NCBI RefSeq assembly: GCF_003344865.1
Contig: NZ_CP031165.1
Coordinates: 1,469,910 to 1,493,909 of the forward strand
DNA from: Euzebya pacifica
GTDB lineage: Bacteria > Actinomycetota > Nitriliruptoria > Euzebyales > Euzebyaceae
DNA length: 24,000 nucleotides
Direction: 5' to 3'
Of the stretch, positions 7,784 to 16,334 are shown one piece after another (position 1 is the stretch's first letter; every line of letters begins with the position of its first letter). Under the pieces are notes generated by a model. The model was not told the DNA's origin. It made no database searches and worked only from the letters and a program-made list of their open reading frames with translations. The translations under genes and the position numbers were made by a program.

Positions 7784-7796
7784 CGCCGTCGTCCGG

Positions 7797-9836
7797 TCAC
7801 GTCGGCCGTCCCGCGATCATGGCCAGCACGTCGCTGCCGTAGCGGTCGGCCTTCGCGGGGCCGAACCCCTTGACGCCGAGCAGGGCCGTCCGGCTGCCCG
7901 GGCGGCGTTGCGCCAGGTCCAGGAGGGTCGCGTCGTTGAACACCACGAACGCCGGGACCCCATCGGTCCGGGACCGTTCGCGTCGCCAGTCCCGCAGCCG
8001 CTCGACCAGCATCTCGTCGACGTCCCCCGGCAGGTCGGCGAGGGCCGACTGCTTGGGACCGGACGCCTTCTTCTTCGCCCCCGGCTTGGGCGCACCCGGT
8101 CCGAGCCCGTACAGGAAGCGGCTGGGGCGCCGCGAGACCGGCTTGCCCTTGCGGTTGGGCCGTTTCTGGACCCAGGTCAGCCACAGCCACCGCCGCGCCC
8201 GGGTGACCCCGACGTAGAGCAGCCGTCGTTCCTCGTCGACCTCCTCGTCGGTCTTGGCGTGGCTGATGGGCATCAGCCCCTCCTCCAGGCCCACGAGGAA
8301 CACCGCGTCGTACTCGGTGCCCTTGGCCCGGTGCATGCTCATGAGGGTGACGGCCTCGGCCGTCCGGTCGCTGCCCGAGGCGGCGCGGGCCTGCAGCTCC
8401 TCGGCGATCCCCACGAGGTCGAGGCCGTCGTCGGCCAGGCCTGCGGCTTCGTCACGGATCGCCTCGATGGTCTCCCAGCGCTCACGTGCTCGGCGACCCT
8501 GCGGCGGACGGTTGGGTCGCCACGCCAACGCGTCGCGCAGCACCTCCTCGACGTCGGCGATCACGTTGGGGTTGGCGACCGGCGCGTCGACCACGGGCGG
8601 TGCGACGGTGCCCGACGGTGGCGGGGCGGTCGTCGCGGCTCGTACGAGCGCCCCGATCGCCTGGGTGACCTCCGCACGGCTGTAGAACGACCCCTCGCCA
8701 CGCACCGACACACGGATGCCCGCCTCGCGCAGCGCTTCCTCCCACGCGGCGGCCTGCGCGTTGATCCGGTAGCAGATCGCCATCTCCGAGAGGGGCACAT
8801 CGGCTTTCTGCAGGGTCTGGATGGCCTTGACGACCACGGCCTGCTCGGCCTCGTCGTCGGCGCGTTCCAGCAGCAGGGCCTCGGGGGCGCCCTCGGACTC
8901 GATCGTGGGGACCAGGTCCGCCGCGCGACGCCCGAGGACGCGGTTGGCCAGGGTCAGCACCTGCGCGGTCGAGCGGTAGGACCGGTTCAGCTGGACGCTG
9001 GTCGTGCCCGGGTACGCCTTGGGGAAGTTCTGCAGGTAGCGCGCGTCCGCACCGGTGAAGGAGAAGATCGTCTGGGCCGGGTCGCCGACGACGCACACGT
9101 CGTCGCGGTCGCCCGCCCACGCCCGGAGGAGGTTCCACTGCAGGGCGTTGGTGTCCTGGAACTCATCGACGGTGAAGGCGCGGTAGCGGTCGCGGATCGA
9201 GGCGGCCGGTTCGTCGAGGTCCATCAGCTCGCGCGACAGCCGCAGCATGTCCTCGTAGTCGATGGCACCCCGGCGGGCCTTCTCGTCGGTATACCCCCGC
9301 ACCACCTCGGCGAGGGTGGCGGCGTCCAGCAGCTCGTCACGGCCGCTGGCGGCCACGGCCTCGGCGTCGAGGCCAGCGTTGGCGGCCCACTCGACCTCGC
9401 TCGCCAGGTCGCCCGCGTCCACGTTCAGCCGTCGGGCGGTGCCGATCAGCAGCGGGATCTTCGATCCGAGCACCTCCGGGAGCGGCTCGTCGGACAGGTG
9501 GGGCCAGAAATGGCGGACCTGCGCCCAGGCCGCCGCGTGGAACGTCACGGCTCGTACCGACACGCCGTCCATGCCCAGCTCGCTGCAGAGGGCGGCGATC
9601 CGGTCGCGCATCTCCGCAGCAGCACGTTCGGTGAAGGTGACGGCGAGGATCTGGGACGGGACGAAGGCGCCGGACAACAGCTGGGCCGCGATGCGATGGG
9701 TGATCGTGCGGGTCTTCCCCGTGCCCGCGCCGGCGAGGATCCGCACCGGCCCGGTCACCGCGGCAGCGGCACGCGCCTGCTCGGGGTTCAGGCGTGCCAG
9801 CAGGTCCTCGGGGACGGCGGGCTGTGAGGAGGGCAT
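7797..9836 (-). CDS. uvrD2: UvrD/PcrA-family SF1 DNA helicase with a C-terminal HRDC domain (UvrD2 type)
   Basis: LNPEQ, AGAGTGKT (motif I), DEFQDT (motif II), MHRAKGTEYD and VGVTRAR are all present. The C-terminal WRRERSRTDGVPAFVVFNDATLLDLA...GFGPAKADRYG is HRDC-like. The start was set at the internal ATG at 9836. Confidence 0.9.
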   Translation of the reverse strand: MPSSQPAVPEDLLARLNPEQARAAAAVTGPVRILAGAGTGKTRTITHRIAAQLLSGAFVPSQILAVTFTERAAAEMRDRIAALCSELGMDGVSVRAVTFHAAAWAQVRHFWPHLSDEPLPEVLGSKIPLLIGTARRLNVDAGDLASEVEWAANAGLDAEAVAASGRDELLDAATLAEVVRGYTDEKARRGAIDYEDMLRLSRELMDLDEPAASIRDRYRAFTVDEFQDTNALQWNLLRAWAGDRDDVCVVGDPAQTIFSFTGADARYLQNFPKAYPGTTSVQLNRSYRSTAQVLTLANRVLGRRAADLVPTIESEGAPEALLLERADDEAEQAVVVKAIQTLQKADVPLSEMAICYRINAQAAAWEEALREAGIRVSVRGEGSFYSRAEVTQAIGALVRAATTAPPPSGTVAPPVVDAPVANPNVIADVEEVLRDALAWRPNRPPQGRRARERWETIEAIRDEAAGLADDGLDLVGIAEELQARAASGSDRTAEAVTLMSMHRAKGTEYDAVFLVGLEEGLMPISHAKTDEEVDEERRLLYVGVTRARRWLWLTWVQKRPNRKGKPVSRRPSRFLYGLGPGAPKPGAKKKASGPKQSALADLPGDVDEMLVERLRDWRRERSRTDGVPAFVVFNDATLLDLAQRRPGSRTALLGVKGFGPAKADRYGSDVLAMIAGRPT

Positions 9837-9939
9837 GGACGGGGTGCTCCGGGGCGCGAGGGGCGGGTCACGTCGAGGGTATCGACACCCACTGACAGGG
9901 TCCGGCTGACGTCGGGTCGCTGTGGATGGGTGACCGAGC

Positions 9940-9968
9940 TTGCATCGGAAGTTCCCGATGTCGATCCT
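9940..9968 (+). promoter_or_regulatory. Candidate promoter of the EAL gene with an embedded inverted repeat
   Basis: TTGCAT (9940-9945), 17-nt spacer, GATCCT (9963-9968). The perfect inverted repeat CATCGG-N6-CCGATG at 9943-9960 overlaps the -35 and spacer. The RBS GGGGAAGGA lies upstream of the ATG at 10003. Confidence 0.3.
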
Positions 9969-10002
9969 TGACGCACGAAACGACGGGGAAGGACGAGCAG
10001 TC

Positions 10003-11949
10003 ATGGGACCATGGGGCCTGTTCGCCGTCTCCGTGGTGGCCTACTCCGTCCTGCCGCTGGCGTTCGGCCTCGCGCGCTCGCCGAGTCGGTACCTGCTGAC
10101 CTACGCCTACGTGGCCACTATCCTGACCATCGGCGGCCTGATCGGAGGCGTCCACGTCATCCCGCTTGCGGACGGCCTGACGTTGAACCCCGGGTCCATC
10201 GCCTACGCGGCGCTCGTGGCCAGCACCATGATCGCCACGATCTCCGCCAACGACATACGGGTGGTCCGCGACGTCATCCGGATCGTGGTGGTCGTGGACA
10301 TCATCAAGGTGGCGGTGTTCTGGGTGACCCGCCGCGCCCTCGTCGAGGGGCTCCCCAACCCGTCCGGGGTGCCGGTCGACCTGTTCGAGGTCTCCCTCCG
10401 TGTCGTCGCCTTCGGCGGGGTGCTCATCGTGGGCGAGCTGTTCGTGCTGATGGTGCTCCTCGAGCGTGCCAAGCGCCTGGACCCGGAACGGCTCCTGCCG
10501 GTCGCCTGTGTGGTCGGCTTCGTGGCGGTGCTCTGCCTCGACGGGGTGTTGTTCCCGCTCGTGATCATCCCGACGTCCCCCGAGCTGGGGTCGGTGATCG
10601 CCGGCGGCGTGGCCGCCAAGCTGCTGCTCGCCCTGGCGTTCGCGGTCCCCATCACGCTGTTCCTGCTGCTGGCGCGGGATCGGGTGCGCGCCTATGGCCG
10701 CACGCGGTTGCCGCTGGGGCAGTTCCTCTTCGCGCCACGGGCCGAGCTCGAGGCCGCGTTCGACGAGCAGGCCCGGGTCCTGACCGAGACCACCGAACGT
10801 GAAGCACGGCATGTGGTTGCGTCGCAGGTGCTGGCCGACGTGCCGTCGGGGGCCCAGCCCGAGGACCTCCTCGAACGCGTCCTCGTGGCGGTCCGTCCGG
10901 TCCCGGGCGTACGTGGTGAGGTCGGGCTGCGCGTGATCGACGGGGCTGTCACGATCGGTTCCTGGGGGTTGTCGGACCGGATCGAGGACGGGGCCGTGAC
11001 GGCGATCTACGCCAGACGGGCCCAGGGGCAGGCCGTGTGGATCGACGAGCTCCACGAGGTCGGTGCCGTCGCCTGCGTGCCGGTCGGCGAAGGGCCGGCC
11101 TACGCGGTGGTGGAGCTGCTGGTCGACCGCGCCGCCGGGGACGCCACGCTGGCGGAGCTGCAGACGATGCGCAACGAGCTGCGAGTCACCATCCGACCGA
11201 CGGTCGCCGAGCTGCGTCGCCGCTGGGACGAACGCGCGTCGATGGCCTCGGTGCTGGAGTCGGCGTCGCTGTCGGTGGTCTTCCAGCCGATCGTGCGCCT
11301 CGACGACCGGTCGGTCGTGTCGTGGGAGGGGTTGTCGCGGTTCGAGCCGGGCGTGTCGGTGGAGGGTCGCTTCCGCGAGGCCGCACGGCTCGGGGTCGCG
11401 GTCGAGCTGGACCTCCTTGCCGCTCGGAGCATCCTGGAGGCTGCCGCCGACCTGCCGGAGGCGGCGCCTGTCGCCATCAACCTCTCGCCACGCACGCTGG
11501 GCAGCCCGGGGCTCCGGGACCTGCTGGAGTCGGCGGGACGACTGGTGGAGGTGGAGATCACCGAGCACGATCCGGTCAGGGACTACACCACGCTCCTGGA
11601 GCAGATGGCCGCGCTGGACGGCTTCGCCCGCCTGGTCGTGGACGACGCCGGTTCCGGCTATGCGTCGATGCAGCACATCCTGCGGCTGCGACCGCATGCG
11701 GTGAAGATCGACCGGGCGCTCGTCAGCGGAATCGACGGCGACCGGCCGCGTCAGGTCCTGGTGAGCGGACTGCTGTCCCTGGCAGAGGAGATCGGGGCCA
11801 CGGTGATCGCCGAAGGGGTCGAGCGAGAAGAAGAGGCGACGGTCCTCCGCGAACTGGGTGTTCCCCTGGCACAGGGCTACCTGTTCGGCCGTCCTGCGCC
11901 CATGGCGTCGTGGCTCCGCCCACAGGCGGTCGACCAGCCCATCACGTGA
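10003..11949 (+). CDS. Integral-membrane c-di-GMP phosphodiesterase (multi-TM N-terminus, GAF-like linker, EAL domain)
   Basis: EAL-domain motifs seen: FQPIV, EGLSR (EAL variant), INLSP, EITE, DDAGSGYAS, KIDR, AEGVE, QGYLFGRP. The N-terminal roughly 260 aa are strongly hydrophobic. The start could be at 9958. Confidence 0.85.
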   Translation: MGPWGLFAVSVVAYSVLPLAFGLARSPSRYLLTYAYVATILTIGGLIGGVHVIPLADGLTLNPGSIAYAALVASTMIATISANDIRVVRDVIRIVVVVDIIKVAVFWVTRRALVEGLPNPSGVPVDLFEVSLRVVAFGGVLIVGELFVLMVLLERAKRLDPERLLPVACVVGFVAVLCLDGVLFPLVIIPTSPELGSVIAGGVAAKLLLALAFAVPITLFLLLARDRVRAYGRTRLPLGQFLFAPRAELEAAFDEQARVLTETTEREARHVVASQVLADVPSGAQPEDLLERVLVAVRPVPGVRGEVGLRVIDGAVTIGSWGLSDRIEDGAVTAIYARRAQGQAVWIDELHEVGAVACVPVGEGPAYAVVELLVDRAAGDATLAELQTMRNELRVTIRPTVAELRRRWDERASMASVLESASLSVVFQPIVRLDDRSVVSWEGLSRFEPGVSVEGRFREAARLGVAVELDLLAARSILEAAADLPEAAPVAINLSPRTLGSPGLRDLLESAGRLVEVEITEHDPVRDYTTLLEQMAALDGFARLVVDDAGSGYASMQHILRLRPHAVKIDRALVSGIDGDRPRQVLVSGLLSLAEEIGATVIAEGVEREEEATVLRELGVPLAQGYLFGRPAPMASWLRPQAVDQPIT

Positions 11950-12011
11950 CCGGTCGGCCGGACAGGGGCCGCGGGGGCTCCGGATCCCCGGCTGCGTCAT
12001 ACTCCGCCGGG

Positions 12012-12461
12012 ATGTTGATCCCCGCCGCCGTCCTTGCCGTCGCCGTCGAGCAGGAGGGGGTGATCGACAACATCTTCGTCTCGCCTCGGGTGCACGAGGC
12101 GACCGGTGGACTGGTCGTGCTGGCCATGCTGGTCACGACCGGATGGGTCGGCCGCCTCGCGCTGGCCAACCGCCCGATCGAGGGTGGGGCCCGCGTCAGC
12201 CTCATCGTCACCCAGATCCTGCTGATGGTGCAGGCCCTCATCGGCATCAAGCTGCTCGACCAGGGCCTCGGCGTGCTGCAGCTCTACATCCACTACGTCG
12301 GCGGCCTGATCCCCCTCGGCCTCTTCGTGGCTGCCGGCTGGGTGTCGTGGCGAGACCCCGCCGTCCGCACCCGCGCGATCGCGGTCCTCTCGGTGATCGG
12401 CACCCTCAGCGCGGGCATGGCCTTCGTCATCGGCCGCGCGTACGTCCAGGGCGGGCTCTGA
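12012..12461 (+). CDS. Small hypothetical integral membrane protein (about 4 TM segments)
   Basis: Hydrophobic segments GGLVVLAMLVTTGWVG, LIVTQILLMVQALIGI, GGLIPLGLFVAAGWV, AIAVLSVIGTLSAGMAFVI. An alternative in-frame GTG at 11946 overlaps the EAL stop (GTGA). Confidence 0.6.
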   Translation: MLIPAAVLAVAVEQEGVIDNIFVSPRVHEATGGLVVLAMLVTTGWVGRLALANRPIEGGARVSLIVTQILLMVQALIGIKLLDQGLGVLQLYIHYVGGLIPLGLFVAAGWVSWRDPAVRTRAIAVLSVIGTLSAGMAFVIGRAYVQGGL

Positions 12462-12463
12462 CC

Positions 12464-12506
12464 CGTGTCGTCTCCGTCGACCCGTCTGCGACTGGGCCGA
12501 CACGCG
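12464..12506. repeat. Degenerate copy of the palindromic intergenic element, between convergent genes
   Basis: cgtgtcg (12464-12470) pairs with cgacacg (12498-12504). The right arm ccgacacgcg is identical to copy A. The central core is not conserved. Confidence 0.3.
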
Positions 12507-12513
12507 GCGGGGG

Positions 12514-14583
12514 TCAGCCGGTGCGCTGGGCGGCCACCGCGGCGCTGAGCTGGCGGGCCAGCTCGTCGGGGTCGGTGGTGGGCCGCTCGCAGACGAACCC
12601 GCGGCACACGTAGGCCGTGGCGTTGCCGTCGAGGGTGGGGCGGTCGCGCAGCAGGGGCACCCCACCGTCGTCGGTGCCCGAGCCGACGGCCACGACGACA
12701 CCCGGTCGCCACGTGTCGCGGACGACCGCCAGCAACTGTTCGGCGTCCTCGCCGACGATCGCCACCTCCAGCGGGCCGGACAGCAGGCGCTCGGCGGCGG
12801 TCGCCAGCTCGCCGTAGCCCAGCGGGGCAAGGGGCAGCTGCCCGCCGAACCGTGACACCGTGGCCACGGCCCGGTCGCGGGCGTCCAGGTCGCCGTCGAG
12901 GGCGGCCAGGCGGGCGTTGACCTCCACCATCACGCTCGACCCGGCGGGCTGGGCGTTGTCCCACAGGTCCAGCGGGCGGACGACCAGCTCGGGGCCGTCG
13001 GCGGTCGCGGCTGCGGCGGTTGCGTAGTAGGCCCCCTCGCCGTCGGCGAACTCCGCCTCCACCCGGGTGGCCAGGTCGCGGGCCCAGTCGACCAGATGCG
13101 GGTCCGGGTCGGCCTCGTACAGCACCAGCAGGGCGCGGGAGAGCAGGGCGAGGTCCTCCAGGAGGGCCGGAACGCTGGCCTCGTGTCCCGGCGACCACGT
13201 GTGGTGCAGCACCCCGTCGACCACCATCGTCTGCTCGATGAAGTCGACGGCTCGCCGGGCCGCCTCGACCCAGCGGGGTTCGTCCATGACCGCACCGGCC
13301 TCGGCGAGGGCGGCGATGGCGAGGGCGTTCCAGCTGACCAGCACCTTGTCGTCCAGCCCCGGCGGCACCCGCAGGGACCGGCGCTCGGCGAGGGACTGGC
13401 GGACGGCTGCCCAGCGACGCGCGAAGCCGGGGTCGTCCTCCTCGAACGGCACGACCTCGTGCAGCACGTTGGCGCGGGGCGGGGCGTGGCCGTGCGGGTC
13501 GTGCCAGTTGCCCTCGGCAACCACGCCGAACCGCTCGCGCCACTTCGCGACGTCCTCGCCGACGGCGACGATGGCCTCGTCGAACTCCTCGGCGGTCCAC
13601 ACGAAGTACTTGCCCTCCACGCCCTCGGAGTCGGCGTCGGTTGCGGAGGAGAACCCGCCCTCGGGCTGCTGCAGGTCGGCCAGCAGGTACTCGGCGATGT
13701 CGGTGACCATCCGGCGGAAGCGGGGCTGGCCGGTGATCTGCCAGCCGTGCACGTAGGCGCGCAGCAGCAGGGCGTTGTCGTACAGCATCTTCTCGAAGTG
13801 GGGAACCAGCCACATCTCGTCGGTGGAGTACCGGGCGAACCCGCCGCCGACGTGGTCGTGGATGCCGCCACGGGACATGCGCTCCAGGGAGTGCACGGCC
13901 GCCGACAACGAGTCGGGGTCGCCGGTGCGGACGTGATGGGCCAGCAGGAAGTCGATGGTCATCGCCTGCGGGAACTTCGGGGCGGACCCGAATCCGCCGT
14001 TGGTCCGGTCCCAGCGGGCCACGATGCGCTCCGCGGCGGTGTCGAGGACGCTCGCGTCGACCTCGGCGGCATCGGGCAGGGTCTGCTGCTGGCTGAGGTG
14101 CTGGACGACGAGGGATCCCTGCTCGAGCACCTTGTCGCGTTCGTTGGCCCACGACCCGGCGACGGCGGCGAGGACCTGGCGGAACGACGGCATGCCGGGG
14201 CGTGCGTCCGCCGGCCAGTACGTCCCGCCGTAGAAGGGGGTGCCGTCGGCGGACAGGAACACGCTCATCGGCCAACCACCGTGGCGGGTCATCGCCTGGA
14301 CCGCGGACATGTAGACGGCGTCGACGTCGGGCCGCTGCTCGCGGTCGACCTTGATGTTGACGAAGTCGGCGTTCATCGCCGCAGCCGTTTCGGCGTCCTC
14401 GAAGGACTCGTGGGCCATGACGTGGCACCAGTGGCACGAGGAGTAGCCGACGGAGAGGAAGATCGGCACGTCACGCTGGCGGGCTTCCTCGAAGGCCTCG
14501 TCACCCCATTCGTGCCAGTTGACGGGGTTGTCGGCGTGCTGACGGAGGTACGGGGAGGAGGACCCGGCGAGTCGGTTGGCCAT
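12514..14583 (-). CDS. Thioredoxin-domain protein of the YyaL/DUF255 (SPATA20-like) family
   Basis: The N-terminus SPYLRQHADNPVNWHEWGDEAFEEARQRDVPIFLSVGYSSCHWCHVMAHESF is the hallmark of this family. A long alpha/alpha-toroid-like region follows. The start was set at the internal ATG at 14583. Confidence 0.9.
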   Translation of the reverse strand: MANRLAGSSSPYLRQHADNPVNWHEWGDEAFEEARQRDVPIFLSVGYSSCHWCHVMAHESFEDAETAAAMNADFVNIKVDREQRPDVDAVYMSAVQAMTRHGGWPMSVFLSADGTPFYGGTYWPADARPGMPSFRQVLAAVAGSWANERDKVLEQGSLVVQHLSQQQTLPDAAEVDASVLDTAAERIVARWDRTNGGFGSAPKFPQAMTIDFLLAHHVRTGDPDSLSAAVHSLERMSRGGIHDHVGGGFARYSTDEMWLVPHFEKMLYDNALLLRAYVHGWQITGQPRFRRMVTDIAEYLLADLQQPEGGFSSATDADSEGVEGKYFVWTAEEFDEAIVAVGEDVAKWRERFGVVAEGNWHDPHGHAPPRANVLHEVVPFEEDDPGFARRWAAVRQSLAERRSLRVPPGLDDKVLVSWNALAIAALAEAGAVMDEPRWVEAARRAVDFIEQTMVVDGVLHHTWSPGHEASVPALLEDLALLSRALLVLYEADPDPHLVDWARDLATRVEAEFADGEGAYYATAAAATADGPELVVRPLDLWDNAQPAGSSVMVEVNARLAALDGDLDARDRAVATVSRFGGQLPLAPLGYGELATAAERLLSGPLEVAIVGEDAEQLLAVVRDTWRPGVVVAVGSGTDDGGVPLLRDRPTLDGNATAYVCRGFVCERPTTDPDELARQLSAAVAAQRTG

Positions 14584-14625
14584 GGCTCGACGGTACCCGG
14601 CAGCCCCACGCCCCCCACACCCCGG

Positions 14626-14670
14626 CGCGTGTCGGGTGTTCACGACGGGCGGCCCGACATCCGACAAGCG
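14626..14670. repeat. 45-nt palindromic intergenic element (copy B)
   Basis: The first 30 nt, cgcgtgtcgggtgttcacgacgggcggccc, are identical to 14699-14728. The arms pair at 12 of 14 positions. Confidence 0.55.
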
Positions 14671-14698
14671 GATGCAGGCCGACCTCGGCCGACCCTGT

Positions 14699-14743
14699 CG
14701 CGTGTCGGGTGTTCACGACGGGCGGCCCTACACCCGACACGCA
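14699..14743. repeat. 45-nt palindromic intergenic element (copy C), probable terminator of the MTase-MTase-vsr operon
   Basis: gcgtgtcgggtgt (14700-14712) pairs perfectly with acacccgacacgc (14730-14742), with a 17-nt loop. It ends 2 nt from the vsr stop at 14744-14746. Confidence 0.6.
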
Positions 14744-15160
14744 TCAGGGGGTGCGGGACCGGACGGCGGCCTGGACGCGGTCGGCCGCCTCGACGGGGTC
14801 GACGTGCTCCCAGATCCGCACGACCGCCCATCCCGCTTCGGCCAGCCGGCGATCGGTGTCGGCGTCGCGGGCGACGTTGGTGGCCAGCTTGTCCGCCCAC
14901 CAGCCGGCGTTGTTGGCCGGGGCGGTGCCGTGCTCGGGGCAGGCGTGCCAGAAGCAGCCGTCGACGAACACCGCCACCTTCGGGCCGAGGAACGCCAGGT
15001 CCATCCTCCGCCGCGTCCCCGGAACGGGGTGGTGCACCCGATACCGCATGCCCCGTCGGTGCAGCAGCCGACGGAGCGCCATCTCTGGCTTGGTGTCGGT
15101 CGACCGCTGGGCCGACAGCCGACGGCGGGTGCCCTCGTCGCGGGGGACCGGACCCTCCAT
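14744..15160 (-). CDS. vsr: Very short patch repair endonuclease (T:G mismatch endonuclease)
   Basis: TRRRLSAQRSTDTKPEMALRRLL, MDLAF, FVDGCFWHACPEHG and VRIWEH align with the Vsr family. The start is 4 nt after the upstream MTase stop. Confidence 0.9.
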   Translation of the reverse strand: MEGPVPRDEGTRRRLSAQRSTDTKPEMALRRLLHRRGMRYRVHHPVPGTRRRMDLAFLGPKVAVFVDGCFWHACPEHGTAPANNAGWWADKLATNVARDADTDRRLAEAGWAVVRIWEHVDPVEAADRVQAAVRSRTP

Positions 15161-15164
15161 CGGC

Positions 15165-16334
15165 CTAGGCCGCGGACCGGTCGGCGTCGGCGGCGGCCAT
15201 CCGGGCCAGGTGGGCGTCCAGCGCATCCTCCAGCAGCGACTTGCGGCGCAGCGTCCCCGAGCGATATCGCCGGAGGAAGCCCTCGGTCGCCCGACGGGAC
15301 AGCGGCACCAGCGGATGGTCGAGGAAGTCCATCAGCGGTGGCCGGTCCAGCACGACAGGAAAGGGGCCGGCCGGCACCGCGACCGGGGGCCGACCCGGCG
15401 CGCCGTGGGCAGCCTTCGGCCAGCGATCGGCCAGCGGTGACTCGGCGTCGGCGAACAGGTAGCCGCCCGGCTCGGACAGCCGCCGGCCCACCCAGGTCGA
15501 CACCGGCACCGAGACGGCGTTGCCGACCAGCCGCCAGCGATACCGGTCCTTGGCCACCTCAGCCGCCGGGGCGGTCCAAGCCGAGGGGAACCCCTGCAGC
15601 CGCTCGGCGTCGCGCAGGTCGGGGGTCCCCACCGTGCCGTCCGGACAGAGGATCGCCGGGGGAGAGGCCACGCCGACCGACGACCCGCCCTTGATCGGCG
15701 GCACCGCGTCGACCGCCCAGCCGAGCGCCCGGGTTCCCTCGGTCCAGTAGAAGCCGTGCGCCGGCCGGTCGGTCCCCACCGACGGCGCCGGACCGTCGTC
15801 GGCCAGCAGCACCTCCCGTGGGTCACCGACCCGGCTGGCCACGATGACCACGCGCCGACGTCGTTGTGGCAGGCCGAACGCCTGGGTGTCGACGACCCGG
15901 TAGGCCCAGGCGTAGCCGAGCTCCTCCAGCGCCCCGACGACCAGACGCATCGCCTTGCCCTTGTCGAGGTGCAGCAGGAACGGGACGTTCTCCATCACCA
16001 CCCAGTCCACGGGTCGACGCTCGAGCAGCCGGAAGACCTCGCCGACCAGCTTGGACTTCGTGCCGCTGATGCCACCCTTGCGGCCGACCGAGCTGAGGTC
16101 CTGACAAGGGAACCCCGCGGTCAGCAGGTCGACCTCGGCGGGCAGGTCGGCGATCTCCCGCACGTCGGGTACGACCGGGGCGTCCATGTGTGCCGCCAGC
16201 ACCGCCCGGGCCTCGGGCAGCAGCTCGGCCAGCAGCACCGCCTCGTGCCCGGCCGCCGACAACCCCAGCTCGATCCCGCCGATCCCCGCGAACAGTCCGG
16301 CCACCCGCAAGGCGCGCCCACCGGCAGCGATCAC
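15165..16334 (-). CDS. DNA (cytosine-5)-methyltransferase, second of a tandem pair
   Basis: Motif I LFAGIGG, motif IV GFPCQDLS, motif VI ENV, motif VIII QRRRR, motifs IX/X RLQGFP...GNAVSVPV, plus a C-terminal extension of about 100 aa. GTG start preceded by GGAGG, overlapping the upstream stop (GTGA at 16331-16334). Confidence 0.9.
   Translation of the reverse strand: MIAAGGRALRVAGLFAGIGGIELGLSAAGHEAVLLAELLPEARAVLAAHMDAPVVPDVREIADLPAEVDLLTAGFPCQDLSSVGRKGGISGTKSKLVGEVFRLLERRPVDWVVMENVPFLLHLDKGKAMRLVVGALEELGYAWAYRVVDTQAFGLPQRRRRVVIVASRVGDPREVLLADDGPAPSVGTDRPAHGFYWTEGTRALGWAVDAVPPIKGGSSVGVASPPAILCPDGTVGTPDLRDAERLQGFPSAWTAPAAEVAKDRYRWRLVGNAVSVPVSTWVGRRLSEPGGYLFADAESPLADRWPKAAHGAPGRPPVAVPAGPFPVVLDRPPLMDFLDHPLVPLSRRATEGFLRRYRSGTLRRKSLLEDALDAHLARMAAADADRSAA

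Noticed and set aside
14626-14728. A 30-nt exact direct repeat with a 43-nt spacer looks superficially like a mini CRISPR array.
   Set aside because: There are only two repeats. Each is part of a larger hairpin whose other arm lies in the supposed spacer. A related copy occurs singly at 4464-4508. No cas genes or leader are present.
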